Below, piece by piece: positions 1 to 8,891 of a DNA stretch of 38,572 nt. Position 1 is the stretch's first letter; each line of letters starts with the position of its first letter. The position numbers and the translations under genes are program-made. Origin of the DNA: Thermotogota bacterium (lineage in GTDB: Bacteria; Thermotogota; Thermotogae; Petrotogales; Kosmotogaceae); the NCBI GenBank assembly GCA_034660555.1, contig JAYEJL010000147.1:1-38572 (forward strand), given 5' to 3'. A model generated the notes under the pieces. It did not search any database, was not told where the DNA came from, and saw only the letters and a program-made list of their open reading frames with translations.

Positions 1-230
1 CCATTGGAGTGATATTCTCTCGCTTCTTTTGACCTCTTTGGTTCCAACAGATAAACCCTTCTCTCTTTTTGTAATAAATAATCGCTGATCCTGTTGAAAG
101 TTTCCTCAATTACAAAAACAGCATCTTTTGTCACTGTTTCTAGTAATTTCTCAAAACCTTCTACATTATCTGTAATCTTAAATGATTTCTCTTTCTCCAT
201 AGAATAGCAAGCATGAAAGTACTTTGACCA
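1..230 (-). pseudogene. IS110 family transposase, N-terminally truncated fragment (partial at window edge)
   Basis: Manual translation: WSKYFHACYSMEKEKSFKITDNVEGFEKLLETVTKDAVFVIEETFNRISDYLLQKERRVYLLEPKRSKEAREYHSNG. This fits the IS110 pattern (GID)WSK..H, ..N...GFEKL, V.IE, VY...P. There is an in-frame TGA at 245-243, no GID motif, and no start codon or RBS before W. Confidence 0.75.
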
Positions 231-233
231 AAT

Positions 234-413
234 GAGTACAGTTCAATTGATGTAGCGTTCCTGGGTTTCCCCGGATATCCCACTATAGGTCCTTTTGTAC
301 TCCCAGAAAGGAAGAGGGAGAATGAAGGCAAGTCACTCATTGGTGAATCTCAAGGAAGTTCCTCTCTTTCTTCTGACTGCCTCCTCTATTGTACTCCTAC
401 ATCTCTAGAGGAG
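234..413 (-). ncRNA. Putative IS110 bridge RNA (three consecutive stem-loops)
   Basis: Inverted-repeat pairs: 381-388/406-413 (perfect 8 bp); 360-375/304-321 (long, imperfect, closing a large loop); 296-302/234-240 (perfect 7 bp, closing a large loop with an apical hairpin at 259-275). The region lies directly upstream of an IS110 transposase. Confidence 0.6.
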
Positions 414-510
414 AATATAATAGCGAGAAGCCGAGAAGGTTTTAAATATTTTGTTATTGGTGATTCAGAAGCAATAAGGAATAGTGTACATTGATTAGAA
501 ATGTATTAAC

Positions 511-545
511 AAACCCTGTATCTTTTTAGGATACAGGGCATTTTT
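511..545 (-). terminator. Rho-independent terminator after the ade-xdh-PLP operon (possibly bidirectional)
   Basis: CCCTGTATC (514-522) / GATACAGGG (530-538) 9-bp stem, followed by TTTGTT on the minus strand and CATTTTT on the plus strand; about 20 nt after the stop at 558. Confidence 0.75.
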
Positions 546-557
546 ATGGAAGTATTT

Positions 558-1937
558 CTAATTTTCCTTGCGATATTCCAGCAATAGTTTATCGATTTTT
601 TGTACTTCGTTTTGTTCTTTTTTCCAGAATTCTTTGGTTTTTTGTGAATCGAGTTCTTCGACGGTTTTATTTTGCTGCTCTACCCATGTATAGTACTTTA
701 AGTTGTGCCAGCGTTTTCTGTTGTCCATGGTGCCCTCAAATATCCAGTCTGTTTTTGCATCAAGGAACATTGATTCATAGCGGTGTTTTGCTTCACTTTC
801 AGTTAATTCTCCGTAATCCTTTGTCAACTGATCCATTACCGTTCTGTAGCGATCAATATTATCTGTTGCGATGGTTACAATATTGTCTTCAGAGGTCATG
901 TTGTAGTATTTTGCCATTTTTATTGCGCCGATAATGTTAGCCACACTTGAGATACCAAGTGTCTTTGATAATACTTCAACATCTTTATCCTTAAGAAGTT
1001 TCTTAAGGAATGTTTTTCCAACAGGATCTGTTAGAACCTGAAGCATTTTCTTTGATTCAATGTCATCAACGGCGACAACTGCGTCATTATTCATTACATT
1101 GTGTATCCATGTGACATGCTTGTCTCCAATACCCTGTATATCATGTCCTCCGTAGCCATTAAGTGAAATCGTGGGACACTGTATTGGTTCAAGGGCTACG
1201 TTTTTTGTGTCGGGAAAAACTTCTTTTATTCTGTCTCCACAGGCAATGGTTCCACCGGAACCTACCCCGGCTACAACAGCAGCTATTCGACCATTACCGA
1301 GTTTCAGCTGTTTCATTAATTCCAGTATGGTATTTCCCGTAACGTAATAATGGAACCTATAGTTTCCAAATTCGGAAAACTGGTTGAGTATCCTGACACG
1401 ATCGGGGTCTGCAGCCTTCAGTTCCTTTGCTTTGTCATATATTTCTTTAACATTGGATTCGCAACCGGGTGTTGCTATTACTCTGGCTCCATATTCTTCA
1501 ATTAAATCAAAGCGTTCTTTAGACATTTCTTCCGGGAGAATAACTACTGTGTCAAACTTCATCCTGCATCCTACCCAGGCTCCACCGATGCCGTAATTTC
1601 CAGTAGAAGGCCAAATGAGAGTATGGTAGCTGGGATCAACTTCCCCTTTTAGAACAAGTTCCATCAAAATGGAATATGTGGCACCCACTTTATGACTTTC
1701 ACTTGGAAATTCAGAACCATAAAGGTAAATTATATTTGCCTCAACGCCGGTTAATTCTTTTGGTAAAACGACGTAATAAACCTCATTATTGACATTTTTC
1801 CATGTAATGTTGTAAAGATTAATCGGATCGAGAGGATCCTTATTTCGCATTTCCCATGCCTTTTTACGAATATCTGGATTAATTTTTTCAGGATGAAGCA
1901 TTTCTTCAAATGTTGGTCCTAAAACAAATTTCTTCAT
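558..1937 (-). CDS. PLP-dependent enzyme, fold type II (cysteine synthase/tryptophan synthase beta superfamily), extended form
   Basis: SHKVGATY (PLP lysine), PSTGNYG, NQF, GVGSGGT phosphate loop, IQGIG. The ATG overlaps the xdh TAA (TAATG). Confidence 0.85.
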   Translation of the reverse strand: MKKFVLGPTFEEMLHPEKINPDIRKKAWEMRNKDPLDPINLYNITWKNVNNEVYYVVLPKELTGVEANIIYLYGSEFPSESHKVGATYSILMELVLKGEVDPSYHTLIWPSTGNYGIGGAWVGCRMKFDTVVILPEEMSKERFDLIEEYGARVIATPGCESNVKEIYDKAKELKAADPDRVRILNQFSEFGNYRFHYYVTGNTILELMKQLKLGNGRIAAVVAGVGSGGTIACGDRIKEVFPDTKNVALEPIQCPTISLNGYGGHDIQGIGDKHVTWIHNVMNNDAVVAVDDIESKKMLQVLTDPVGKTFLKKLLKDKDVEVLSKTLGISSVANIIGAIKMAKYYNMTSEDNIVTIATDNIDRYRTVMDQLTKDYGELTESEAKHRYESMFLDAKTDWIFEGTMDNRKRWHNLKYYTWVEQQNKTVEELDSQKTKEFWKKEQNEVQKIDKLLLEYRKEN

Positions 1938-4231
1938 TAACTATCCTCCTTAATTAATTTTAGTATGTATTCTGAAGTAGCAGGTATTCTTTTGACACGT
2001 TTCCCAATAGCTCTGGAAATTCCATTCGCTATGGCTGCAGGTGTGGGCATCAATGAAGGTTCGCCAATACCCTTTGCTCCATAGGGGCCCTGTGAATAAG
2101 GATCTTCTACAATATCTACTTCAAGAATTTCCGGAATATCCCTTATTGTGGGAATAATATATGTATTAAAGTTGTCAGTCATAATCTTTCCATTTTTTAT
2201 CTTTAAATCCTCATAGATTGCATAACCCATTCCCTGAACAAATCCACCCTGAATTTGTCCAACGACGCCTTCTGGATTGAGTGCTTTTCCAACGTCATGA
2301 CTTGTGAAACCCTTAATCACGCTGGTTAATCCTGTGATCATGTCTACCTCAACAAGCACTATCTGACTGGCGTATGAATAGACAATGTATGCTTCTCCCT
2401 GACCGGTTTTTTCATCCCAACGTAAACTGGGTGTTTTGTACCAACCTGTTTCAACAAGTTTCACATTTCTTTTCGAAGCTTCAGTAATCAGTTCGATGAA
2501 GGATAATTTGTTTCCGTTGTTGTCGTAATAATAATTGTCAGAGTAAATAATATTTGATAATTCCGAACCAAACATATTCGAAAACAATTCTAATAATCTT
2601 GTTCTTAAGTCAATACATGCCTGTCTAACTGCATTTCCTGAGTATATTGTAGTACGTGAGGCAACGGTTGGTCCGCTGTCAGGAACAAAGGCTGTATCGG
2701 GCTGGTGCACATTGATAAAATCTGTATCTATTCCCAGTTCTTCAGCAGCGATAAGTGCAATAACTGTTTTTGCACCCTGCCCCATTTCTGTACCACCAAT
2801 TCTTACATTTACCGTTCCATCTGAATCTAACTGCACATGGCCCCCAGAAGCGTCAAGGTGTTGACCACCAGCACCCAGACTCACACCGTAAAAGATATGA
2901 GAAACTCCCAGTCCTCTTTTCCTGTCATCATTTTTATCATTGAATTCTTTAACCTCTTCTTTTAAGTGTTCCCAGTTTGATATCCTGGACACATTCTTCA
3001 AAGTCTTTTCAGCACCAACACTTTCTTCTAACAACTGGTTTGTTGAAGTCCTACTCGCTTTTTTTAATGTGTTTTTTAATCTTAAATCTATGGGATCAAC
3101 ATTAATTTTCTCAGATATTTCGTCCATCATTGATTCCACAGCAAATAGAACCTGCGGACTTCCAAATCCTCTGAAAGCGCCACATGGAATTTTGTTTGTA
3201 TAAACACCGTATATGTCCACAGAAACGTTTGGTATCTCATAGCTTCCTGCTGCGTGAACCAGTGATCTAAAGATTACAATGGGTGAAAGTGTCGCATATG
3301 CTCCCATATCCATATATGCTTTGATTTCCATGGATTCCAGTTTACCATTGTTATCTACGCCGATTTTATAGTGAGACTGTATGGGATGTCTTTTTGAAGT
3401 GGTTTGAATATCTGTTTCACGAGAATATATTAGTTTTACGGGTCGATTTGTTTTGTAAGAGGCAACTGCTGCGTAAGTTGCGACATATGATGGAACGTCT
3501 TCTTTGCCACCAAAGGCTCCACCGGTTTCGGATTGTATAACTCGAATATGATTGAAAGGTTTGTTGAGCACTCTTGAAACATGCTTTTGAACATAATAAG
3601 GGCACTGCATTGTACCATAAACTGTATATCCATAATCAATATCTGGAACAACAACAACTCCCTGCGTTTCCAGATAGGCGTGTTCCTGGTAAGATGCATA
3701 GAAATCATCTTCGAAAATATGAGACGAATTCTCGAATCCTTCATTTATATCACCTTTTCGAATGCATTTATGTATAGCAATATTTGTATTCTCATGGATT
3801 TTAATCTTGTTATCTACACCCTGTTCAAGTGTAAAAACAGGCTCCAAATCTTCTACATCTACTTTTACTTTTCTTGCTCCTTCTTCAGCTGCTTCACGTG
3901 TTTTTGCAACAACTATGGCTACAACATCGCCATAATAACGAACTTTACCTCCAATGGGAACAATACATGGCATATCGTCAAAAACTTCTCCAATCTGGTT
4001 ATCTCCGGGGATATCTTCATGAGTAATAACGTCTACAACTCCATCAGTGCTCAGAGCCTTTTGATAATTCAGATCTTTTAAAATTCCGTGAGCAGTTTTT
4101 GCAAGTACGAGACAGCAATGAAGCATTCTATCGAAGTGAAGATCATCTGCAAACAGTGCGATCCCCTTTGCTTTCTGTAATGAATCAACTCTTTTTGTTT
4201 TCTTACCTATAACAGTTGAATGTTTCCCCAT
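1937..4231 (-). CDS. Xanthine dehydrogenase family molybdopterin-binding subunit
   Basis: 764 aa with QEHAYLE, GGAFGGK, AFRGFG, EMGQG, SRTT, GQIQGG and GAKGIGEP (catalytic Glu) motifs. Confidence 0.92.
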   Translation of the reverse strand: MGKHSTVIGKKTKRVDSLQKAKGIALFADDLHFDRMLHCCLVLAKTAHGILKDLNYQKALSTDGVVDVITHEDIPGDNQIGEVFDDMPCIVPIGGKVRYYGDVVAIVVAKTREAAEEGARKVKVDVEDLEPVFTLEQGVDNKIKIHENTNIAIHKCIRKGDINEGFENSSHIFEDDFYASYQEHAYLETQGVVVVPDIDYGYTVYGTMQCPYYVQKHVSRVLNKPFNHIRVIQSETGGAFGGKEDVPSYVATYAAVASYKTNRPVKLIYSRETDIQTTSKRHPIQSHYKIGVDNNGKLESMEIKAYMDMGAYATLSPIVIFRSLVHAAGSYEIPNVSVDIYGVYTNKIPCGAFRGFGSPQVLFAVESMMDEISEKINVDPIDLRLKNTLKKASRTSTNQLLEESVGAEKTLKNVSRISNWEHLKEEVKEFNDKNDDRKRGLGVSHIFYGVSLGAGGQHLDASGGHVQLDSDGTVNVRIGGTEMGQGAKTVIALIAAEELGIDTDFINVHQPDTAFVPDSGPTVASRTTIYSGNAVRQACIDLRTRLLELFSNMFGSELSNIIYSDNYYYDNNGNKLSFIELITEASKRNVKLVETGWYKTPSLRWDEKTGQGEAYIVYSYASQIVLVEVDMITGLTSVIKGFTSHDVGKALNPEGVVGQIQGGFVQGMGYAIYEDLKIKNGKIMTDNFNTYIIPTIRDIPEILEVDIVEDPYSQGPYGAKGIGEPSLMPTPAAIANGISRAIGKRVKRIPATSEYILKLIKEDS

Positions 4232-4232
4232 A

Positions 4233-5963
4233 TCAATCCCCTTCTACGAAAAGTGAAACAAATTTTCCTTCAGTAACATTCACAAGACCGTTTGTTGTTA
4301 TTTTGAGTTCAGGGATAACCGAGAGCTGAACAAATGAAAGAGCCATGAAAAGATCGGGTAAAATACAGCCATAGCTCTCCAAAACATCTTTTAGTTCTCC
4401 TAGTTTTTTTGCGACTTTTTTACCGGAAAATTCGGACATCAACCCGGCAATAGGTAAAGGCAGTTCTTCAATTATTTTTCCAGATTCCGCAATAACGAGA
4501 CCGCCCTTCAAATCGATTACCCTGTTTGCTGCAGTTGCCATATCTTCTTCATTGACGCCCATAACGGATAGATTATGCGCATCATGTCCAACAGAGGTTG
4601 CTACAGCACCTTTTTTGAGACCTGTACCGCTGACAAGCCCCATAGTGTATTGTTTTCGTTTGCTGTATCTGCAAATTGCTGCCAGCTTAAGGATATCTCT
4701 ATCAAGATCAGTGACGATATTTCCATTGTTGACCGCTGGTTCTTCAATTCTCTGATGTGTAAAAACCTGTTCACCCTGCAATTCAATAACACGTACAGGT
4801 TTATCCTTAGATTTTACTACAAAATCGCTGGATTCAAAATGAGGGCATCTAAAAACCTCTACATTGCTATCTGCCTTAACTTTATCGCCAATATCTTTTA
4901 TTAATTTTCCATCCTTAGCTACAATTTGTGAATCTTTCATAACAAATGATACATCAAATTTATCTAAGTCGTTTACGATAAGTAAATCTGCTTTATATCC
5001 AGGTGCAACAGCTCCCATTGACCTCAAATTGTAATGTCGTGCTGTGTTGATCGTTGATGCTCTTATTGCAGTAATTGGATCTAAACCCCATTCGATGGAC
5101 TTTCTTATCATGTAGTCTATATGTCCTTCATTCAAAATATCATTTGGCTGTTTATCATCAGTACAGAAAGATATAAAGGGATATGTTTTTTCATTAACTA
5201 AAGGCAGCAGTGGTAGAAGGTTTCTGGCTACACTTCCTTCTCTTATAAGGATCTGCATACCTCTGGAAAGTTTTTCCTTTGCTTCATCTACGGTTGTGCA
5301 CTCATGATCAGATTTAATAAAAGCGGTTATATATGCATTCAAATCTTTACCCTTGATACCTGGTATATGACCGTCTATCTTTTTGTATTTATGTCTTAAT
5401 AGTTCAATTTTTGCTATTGTGGCTTCATCACCGTTTATTACTCCAGGATAGTTCATTACCTCACCAAGACCAAGAACACGGGGGTGTTTTTCAACAAAAC
5501 CTATCATGTCCATAACAGAAATTGATGCCCCGCTTGTTACCATACCTGACTCGGGAACAGCTGAGGGAAGCATGATGTATAAATTAAGCGGTATTCCTTC
5601 TGTTGACTTTAGCATATACTCAACACCATCAAGGCCGAGAACATTTGCTATTTCATGAGGATCAGCAATAGCTGTTGTCGTACCTTTTGGAAGAACAGTA
5701 CGCGCGAATTCTACAGGAGATAGCATTGAAGATTCAATGTGTAAATGGCCGTCTATAAGTCCTGGAACAACATAGGCACCATTAACATCGATTGTCTTTT
5801 TGCCATCATTGTAATCACCGATTCCAGCAATACGTTTTCTAAAAAGAGCAATATTGTTTTTCTCAATTTCTCCGCTAAAAACATTTACTATTCTGCAGTT
5901 TTTTAGAATGATGTCTGCGGGTACTTTGCCCCTTGCTACTGGTAATATGTCGATTATATTCAA
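4233..5963 (-). CDS. ade: Adenine deaminase
   Basis: DGHLHIESS, DPHEIANV, GLGEVMN, DGH, DHE, TDD and HDAHN motifs; TTG start with a GGGGG SD. Confidence 0.95.
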   Translation of the reverse strand: MNIIDILPVARGKVPADIILKNCRIVNVFSGEIEKNNIALFRKRIAGIGDYNDGKKTIDVNGAYVVPGLIDGHLHIESSMLSPVEFARTVLPKGTTTAIADPHEIANVLGLDGVEYMLKSTEGIPLNLYIMLPSAVPESGMVTSGASISVMDMIGFVEKHPRVLGLGEVMNYPGVINGDEATIAKIELLRHKYKKIDGHIPGIKGKDLNAYITAFIKSDHECTTVDEAKEKLSRGMQILIREGSVARNLLPLLPLVNEKTYPFISFCTDDKQPNDILNEGHIDYMIRKSIEWGLDPITAIRASTINTARHYNLRSMGAVAPGYKADLLIVNDLDKFDVSFVMKDSQIVAKDGKLIKDIGDKVKADSNVEVFRCPHFESSDFVVKSKDKPVRVIELQGEQVFTHQRIEEPAVNNGNIVTDLDRDILKLAAICRYSKRKQYTMGLVSGTGLKKGAVATSVGHDAHNLSVMGVNEEDMATAANRVIDLKGGLVIAESGKIIEELPLPIAGLMSEFSGKKVAKKLGELKDVLESYGCILPDLFMALSFVQLSVIPELKITTNGLVNVTEGKFVSLFVEGD

Positions 5964-5981
5964 AGGAATCCCCCCTAATTA

Positions 5982-6009
5982 ACAAATACCTCCCGCACGG
6001 GGAGGTATT
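5982..6009 (-). terminator. Terminator-like hairpin immediately after the thrS stop
   Basis: AATACCTCCC (5985-5994) / GGGAGGTATT (6000-6009) 10-bp stem with a short T-rich tail on the minus strand. Confidence 0.6.
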
Positions 6010-7943
6010 CATTCAAATATTGAGTGTGCTTGCTTATTTTCTATTTCGGTCAACAACTTCTCAACAAATTCTGAAAAACCAATACCTGATAAATTTTTTC
6101 CACTTCGCAATCGAACCGTAAGATTTTCATTTTCGACTTCATTATCTCCAACAATAACCATGTAGGGAATTTTCTTCAGCTGCGCTTCACGTATTTTGAA
6201 GTTGGTTGATTTCTGTCTGTCGTCAACTTCTACTCTGATGCCCTGTGAAAAAAGCTTTTTGGCAGCGTCGTTACAATAATCTATATGTCTATCTGCAATG
6301 GGCAAAAATGCTACCTGAGTTGGTGCAATCCAAGTTGGAAAAGCACCACCGTAGTGTTCTATTAGGATTCCCAAAAATCGTTCAAGAGAACCAAAAATCG
6401 CCCTGTGAATCATAACTGGCCTATATTCTTTGTTATCTGATCCGACATAAGTAAGATCAAATCTTTCTGGCATTAGAAAATCTAGCTGAATTGTTGCACA
6501 CTGCCACTCTCTACCCAGTGAGTCCTTTATATGAAAATCAATTTTTGGGCCGTAAAAAGCACCTTCGCCTTCATTGATTACATAATTTAAATCAGTTTTA
6601 TCAAGAGATTCTTTTAAAGCTTCTGTAGCTATATCCCAAATTTCTACTTCTCCCATATAATCTTCAGGCCTAGTACTCAATTCAGCTCTATATTCAAAAT
6701 TAAACGGGCTGTATATTTTGTCGACAAACTCTATTACTCCACTGAGTTCATCTACCAGTTGATCGCGAGTACAGAAAATATGAGCGTCATCCTGAATAAA
6801 TCCTCTTACTCTGAACAATCCATGTAACACGCCGCTTCTCTCATATCTGTGTACCTTGCCAAATTCAAACATTCTTATAGGAAGATTCTTATAACTAACG
6901 GTATCTGCATTGTAAAGCAAGATGTGTCCCGGACAATTCATGGGCTTAACCGCATATTCTTGCTCTTCCTTTTCTGTAAAAAACATATTGTCTCTGTAGT
7001 GATCCCAGTGACCTGATTTTAACCAAAGTTCACGGTTCATTATGTGAGGTGTGGTCACTTCTTTGTAACCATCTTTCTTGTGCATTTCTCTGGAAAATTC
7101 CATAAGTTCGTTTAACATAACCGTTCCGCCATACTGAAACAGTGGCATGCCAGGGGCGTATTCATGGTTAATTAAAAACAGCCCGAGTTGTGGCCCAAGC
7201 TTTCTGTGATCTCTTTTTTTAGCTTCTTCAATCATCTTAAGATAATCTTCAAGCTGTGATTTTTTTGAGAATGCAACACCATATATACGCTGTATCATCT
7301 TATTTCTTTCATCGCCTCTCCAATAAGCGCCTGAAACGGAGATCAGCTTAAAATATTTTATTGAGCCAGTAGAGGGCATATGAGGGCCCCTGCACAGATC
7401 AATGAACTCGCCCTGTCTGTAAAAGCTAACCGTTTCTGCATCAAGATCTTTCACAAGCTCAATCTTGTAAGGTTCATCAAGCTTTTCTAAGTATTCTATG
7501 GCTTTTTCCTTGTTCATTACTGTGCGCTCAATTGGAAGATCCTCTTTGATAATTTTATTCATTTCTTCTTCGATATTCTCCAAATCTTCTTCCGAAATGC
7601 TTATTTCACCAAGATCGAAATCGTAATAGAAACCATTTTCTATAACAGGGCCAATACCAAGCTTTACATTATTGTCCCCGTAGATTCGCTTAACTGCCTG
7701 GGCGAGTATATGTGACATTGTATGTCTGTAGAATTCAGCAGCTTCGTTGTCGTTATCCAATATGAGTTTAACTTTGGATCTTTCAGGCAATTCTCTATTT
7801 AAATCCCATAATGAATCATTAACTTTTGCGCCAATTGCCCTTTTAGCAAGACCTTTGGAAATTTCAAGGGCAACATCTTTTGGTGTAACCTTATGATCAA
7901 ATTCCATTATCGAACCGTCTGGTAATTCAACTATATAGTTCAT
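6009..7943 (-). CDS. thrS: Threonine--tRNA ligase
   Basis: TGS domain, editing motifs HTMSH and [46 protein letters not shown]. Confidence 0.98.
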   Translation of the reverse strand: MNYIVELPDGSIMEFDHKVTPKDVALEISKGLAKRAIGAKVNDSLWDLNRELPERSKVKLILDNDNEAAEFYRHTMSHILAQAVKRIYGDNNVKLGIGPVIENGFYYDFDLGEISISEEDLENIEEEMNKIIKEDLPIERTVMNKEKAIEYLEKLDEPYKIELVKDLDAETVSFYRQGEFIDLCRGPHMPSTGSIKYFKLISVSGAYWRGDERNKMIQRIYGVAFSKKSQLEDYLKMIEEAKKRDHRKLGPQLGLFLINHEYAPGMPLFQYGGTVMLNELMEFSREMHKKDGYKEVTTPHIMNRELWLKSGHWDHYRDNMFFTEKEEQEYAVKPMNCPGHILLYNADTVSYKNLPIRMFEFGKVHRYERSGVLHGLFRVRGFIQDDAHIFCTRDQLVDELSGVIEFVDKIYSPFNFEYRAELSTRPEDYMGEVEIWDIATEALKESLDKTDLNYVINEGEGAFYGPKIDFHIKDSLGREWQCATIQLDFLMPERFDLTYVGSDNKEYRPVMIHRAIFGSLERFLGILIEHYGGAFPTWIAPTQVAFLPIADRHIDYCNDAAKKLFSQGIRVEVDDRQKSTNFKIREAQLKKIPYMVIVGDNEVENENLTVRLRSGKNLSGIGFSEFVEKLLTEIENKQAHSIFE

Positions 7944-7961
7944 TTTACTCCTCCTTACGAT

Positions 7962-8342
7962 CTAATCTTCAATAACAGCTGTGGCTTCAATTTCAATTGG
8001 TGCATTTTTTGGTAATTCTGAAACTCCTATCACAGCTCTGGTAGGTCTATGATTTCCAAAATACTGTTTGAATATCCTGTCTACCTGTGAAAAGAGACTT
8101 ATGTCGGTTATATATATTTTAACGTTGATAATTTCATTTAATGATGAACCACCTGCTTCAACAACAGCTATTATATTGTTTAAAGCCTGTTTGCAAGCAC
8201 CTTCAAAATCTTCCTTCAAAGTACCTGTAGAAGGGTCGAGGGGTATCTGGCCAGAGACAAACATCAGTTTATTATAAATTATACCCTGGCAGTAGTGACC
8301 AACTGGAAGAGGAGCTTTTTTGGTTTTGACTTCCCTCAACAC
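7962..8342 (-). CDS. ridA: RidA/YjgF family reactive intermediate (enamine/imine) deaminase
   Basis: APLPVGHY, VSGQIP, RPTR (catalytic Arg), LPKNAPIEIE; GTG start with a GGAGGTG SD. Confidence 0.9.
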   Translation of the reverse strand: MLREVKTKKAPLPVGHYCQGIIYNKLMFVSGQIPLDPSTGTLKEDFEGACKQALNNIIAVVEAGGSSLNEIINVKIYITDISLFSQVDRIFKQYFGNHRPTRAVIGVSELPKNAPIEIEATAVIED

Positions 8343-8365
8343 ACTATCACCTCCATTTTTCGTTT

Positions 8366-8374
8366 ATTATACCA
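8366..8374 (-). promoter_or_regulatory. Extended -10 promoter for ridA-thrS
   Basis: Minus strand reads TGGTATAAT, about 25 nt upstream of the ridA start. Confidence 0.55.
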
Positions 8375-8427
8375 TTTTAAAGAGTCTATTAAATAAAAAA
8401 TCATGGCATTTAATGCAAAAATTTCAG

Positions 8428-8436
8428 TGCTATAAT
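8428..8436 (+). promoter_or_regulatory. Extended -10 promoter for the ferritin-like pseudogene / Prx-NTR unit
   Basis: TGCTATAAT followed by a GGAGGAGG SD and ATG at 8467. Confidence 0.55.
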
Positions 8437-8466
8437 TGTATAAATACTTTTGGAGGAGGTTGAGAA

Positions 8467-8891
8467 ATGATCGACATTAATGAGTTGTTGGAATCGCACT
8501 GAAGGTTGAAGGTACGGGTTACTCATTTTACAAAAAACTGGCAGACAGAACGGAAGGAGAAAGAAAAGAACTATTTAACAGACTTGCAGAACAGGAAAGG
8601 GAGCATGGTGAAACATTCAGGAAAATTCTTGGAAAATTTGAGTCAAATGAAGAAAATACACGATTTGATGATGAAGTTGCCGGTTATTTAAAGAGTCTGG
8701 CAGAAGTTTCCGTTTTTTCTAAGAAAGATGCGGAGAATCCTCCAGAAAAATTGGAAGATACAGTTTGTATAGCCATAAATGTCGAGAAAGATAGCATTGT
8801 ATTTTATTCTTAATTGATTGATTATGTACCAGAAAAAAGCGCCCTTAAAAGAGTCATTAATGAGGAATAAACACACTTGAGGGCCTTTTGA
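8467..8891 (+). pseudogene. Ferritin-like/rubrerythrin-family protein pseudogene
   Basis: ATG 8467 with a strong SD gives MIDINELL. After a frameshift near 8491 the sequence continues IALKVEGTGYSFYKKLA...LFNRLAEQEREH...IAINVEKDSIVFYS*...VINEE*TH. In-frame TAA codons lie at 8811 and 8868. Both diiron E...ExxH repeats are recognisable. Confidence 0.88.

Larger units (their letters stand above)
1..425 (-). mobile_element. IS110-family insertion sequence, left portion (non-coding left end plus transposase N-terminus); continues beyond the window start
   Basis: Minus-strand frame 230->1 encodes an IS110 DEDD/RuvC-like N-terminal domain, preceded by a structured ~190 nt non-coding region. The outer boundary (~420-430) is estimated. 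No terminal inverted repeat is seen, as is typical of IS110. Confidence 0.75.

Noticed and set aside
431..495. Possible remnant of a gene interrupted by the IS (EGFKYFVIGDSEAIRNSVH*)
   Set aside because: It is too short to recognise and has no motif.
7944..7961. T-box leaders for thrS or glyQS
   Set aside because: Both genes sit under 20 nt behind upstream genes, so there is no room and no T-box motif.
8500..8502. In-frame TGA after MIDINELLESH as a possible selenocysteine or read-through codon
   Set aside because: Homology to ferritin-like proteins continues in a different frame, and later TAA stops exist, so a frameshifted pseudogene explains it.
8506..8876. ORF-track ORFs 8506-8691 (+) and 8688-8876 (-)
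   Set aside because: They are off-frame or antisense shadows of the ferritin-like pseudogene.
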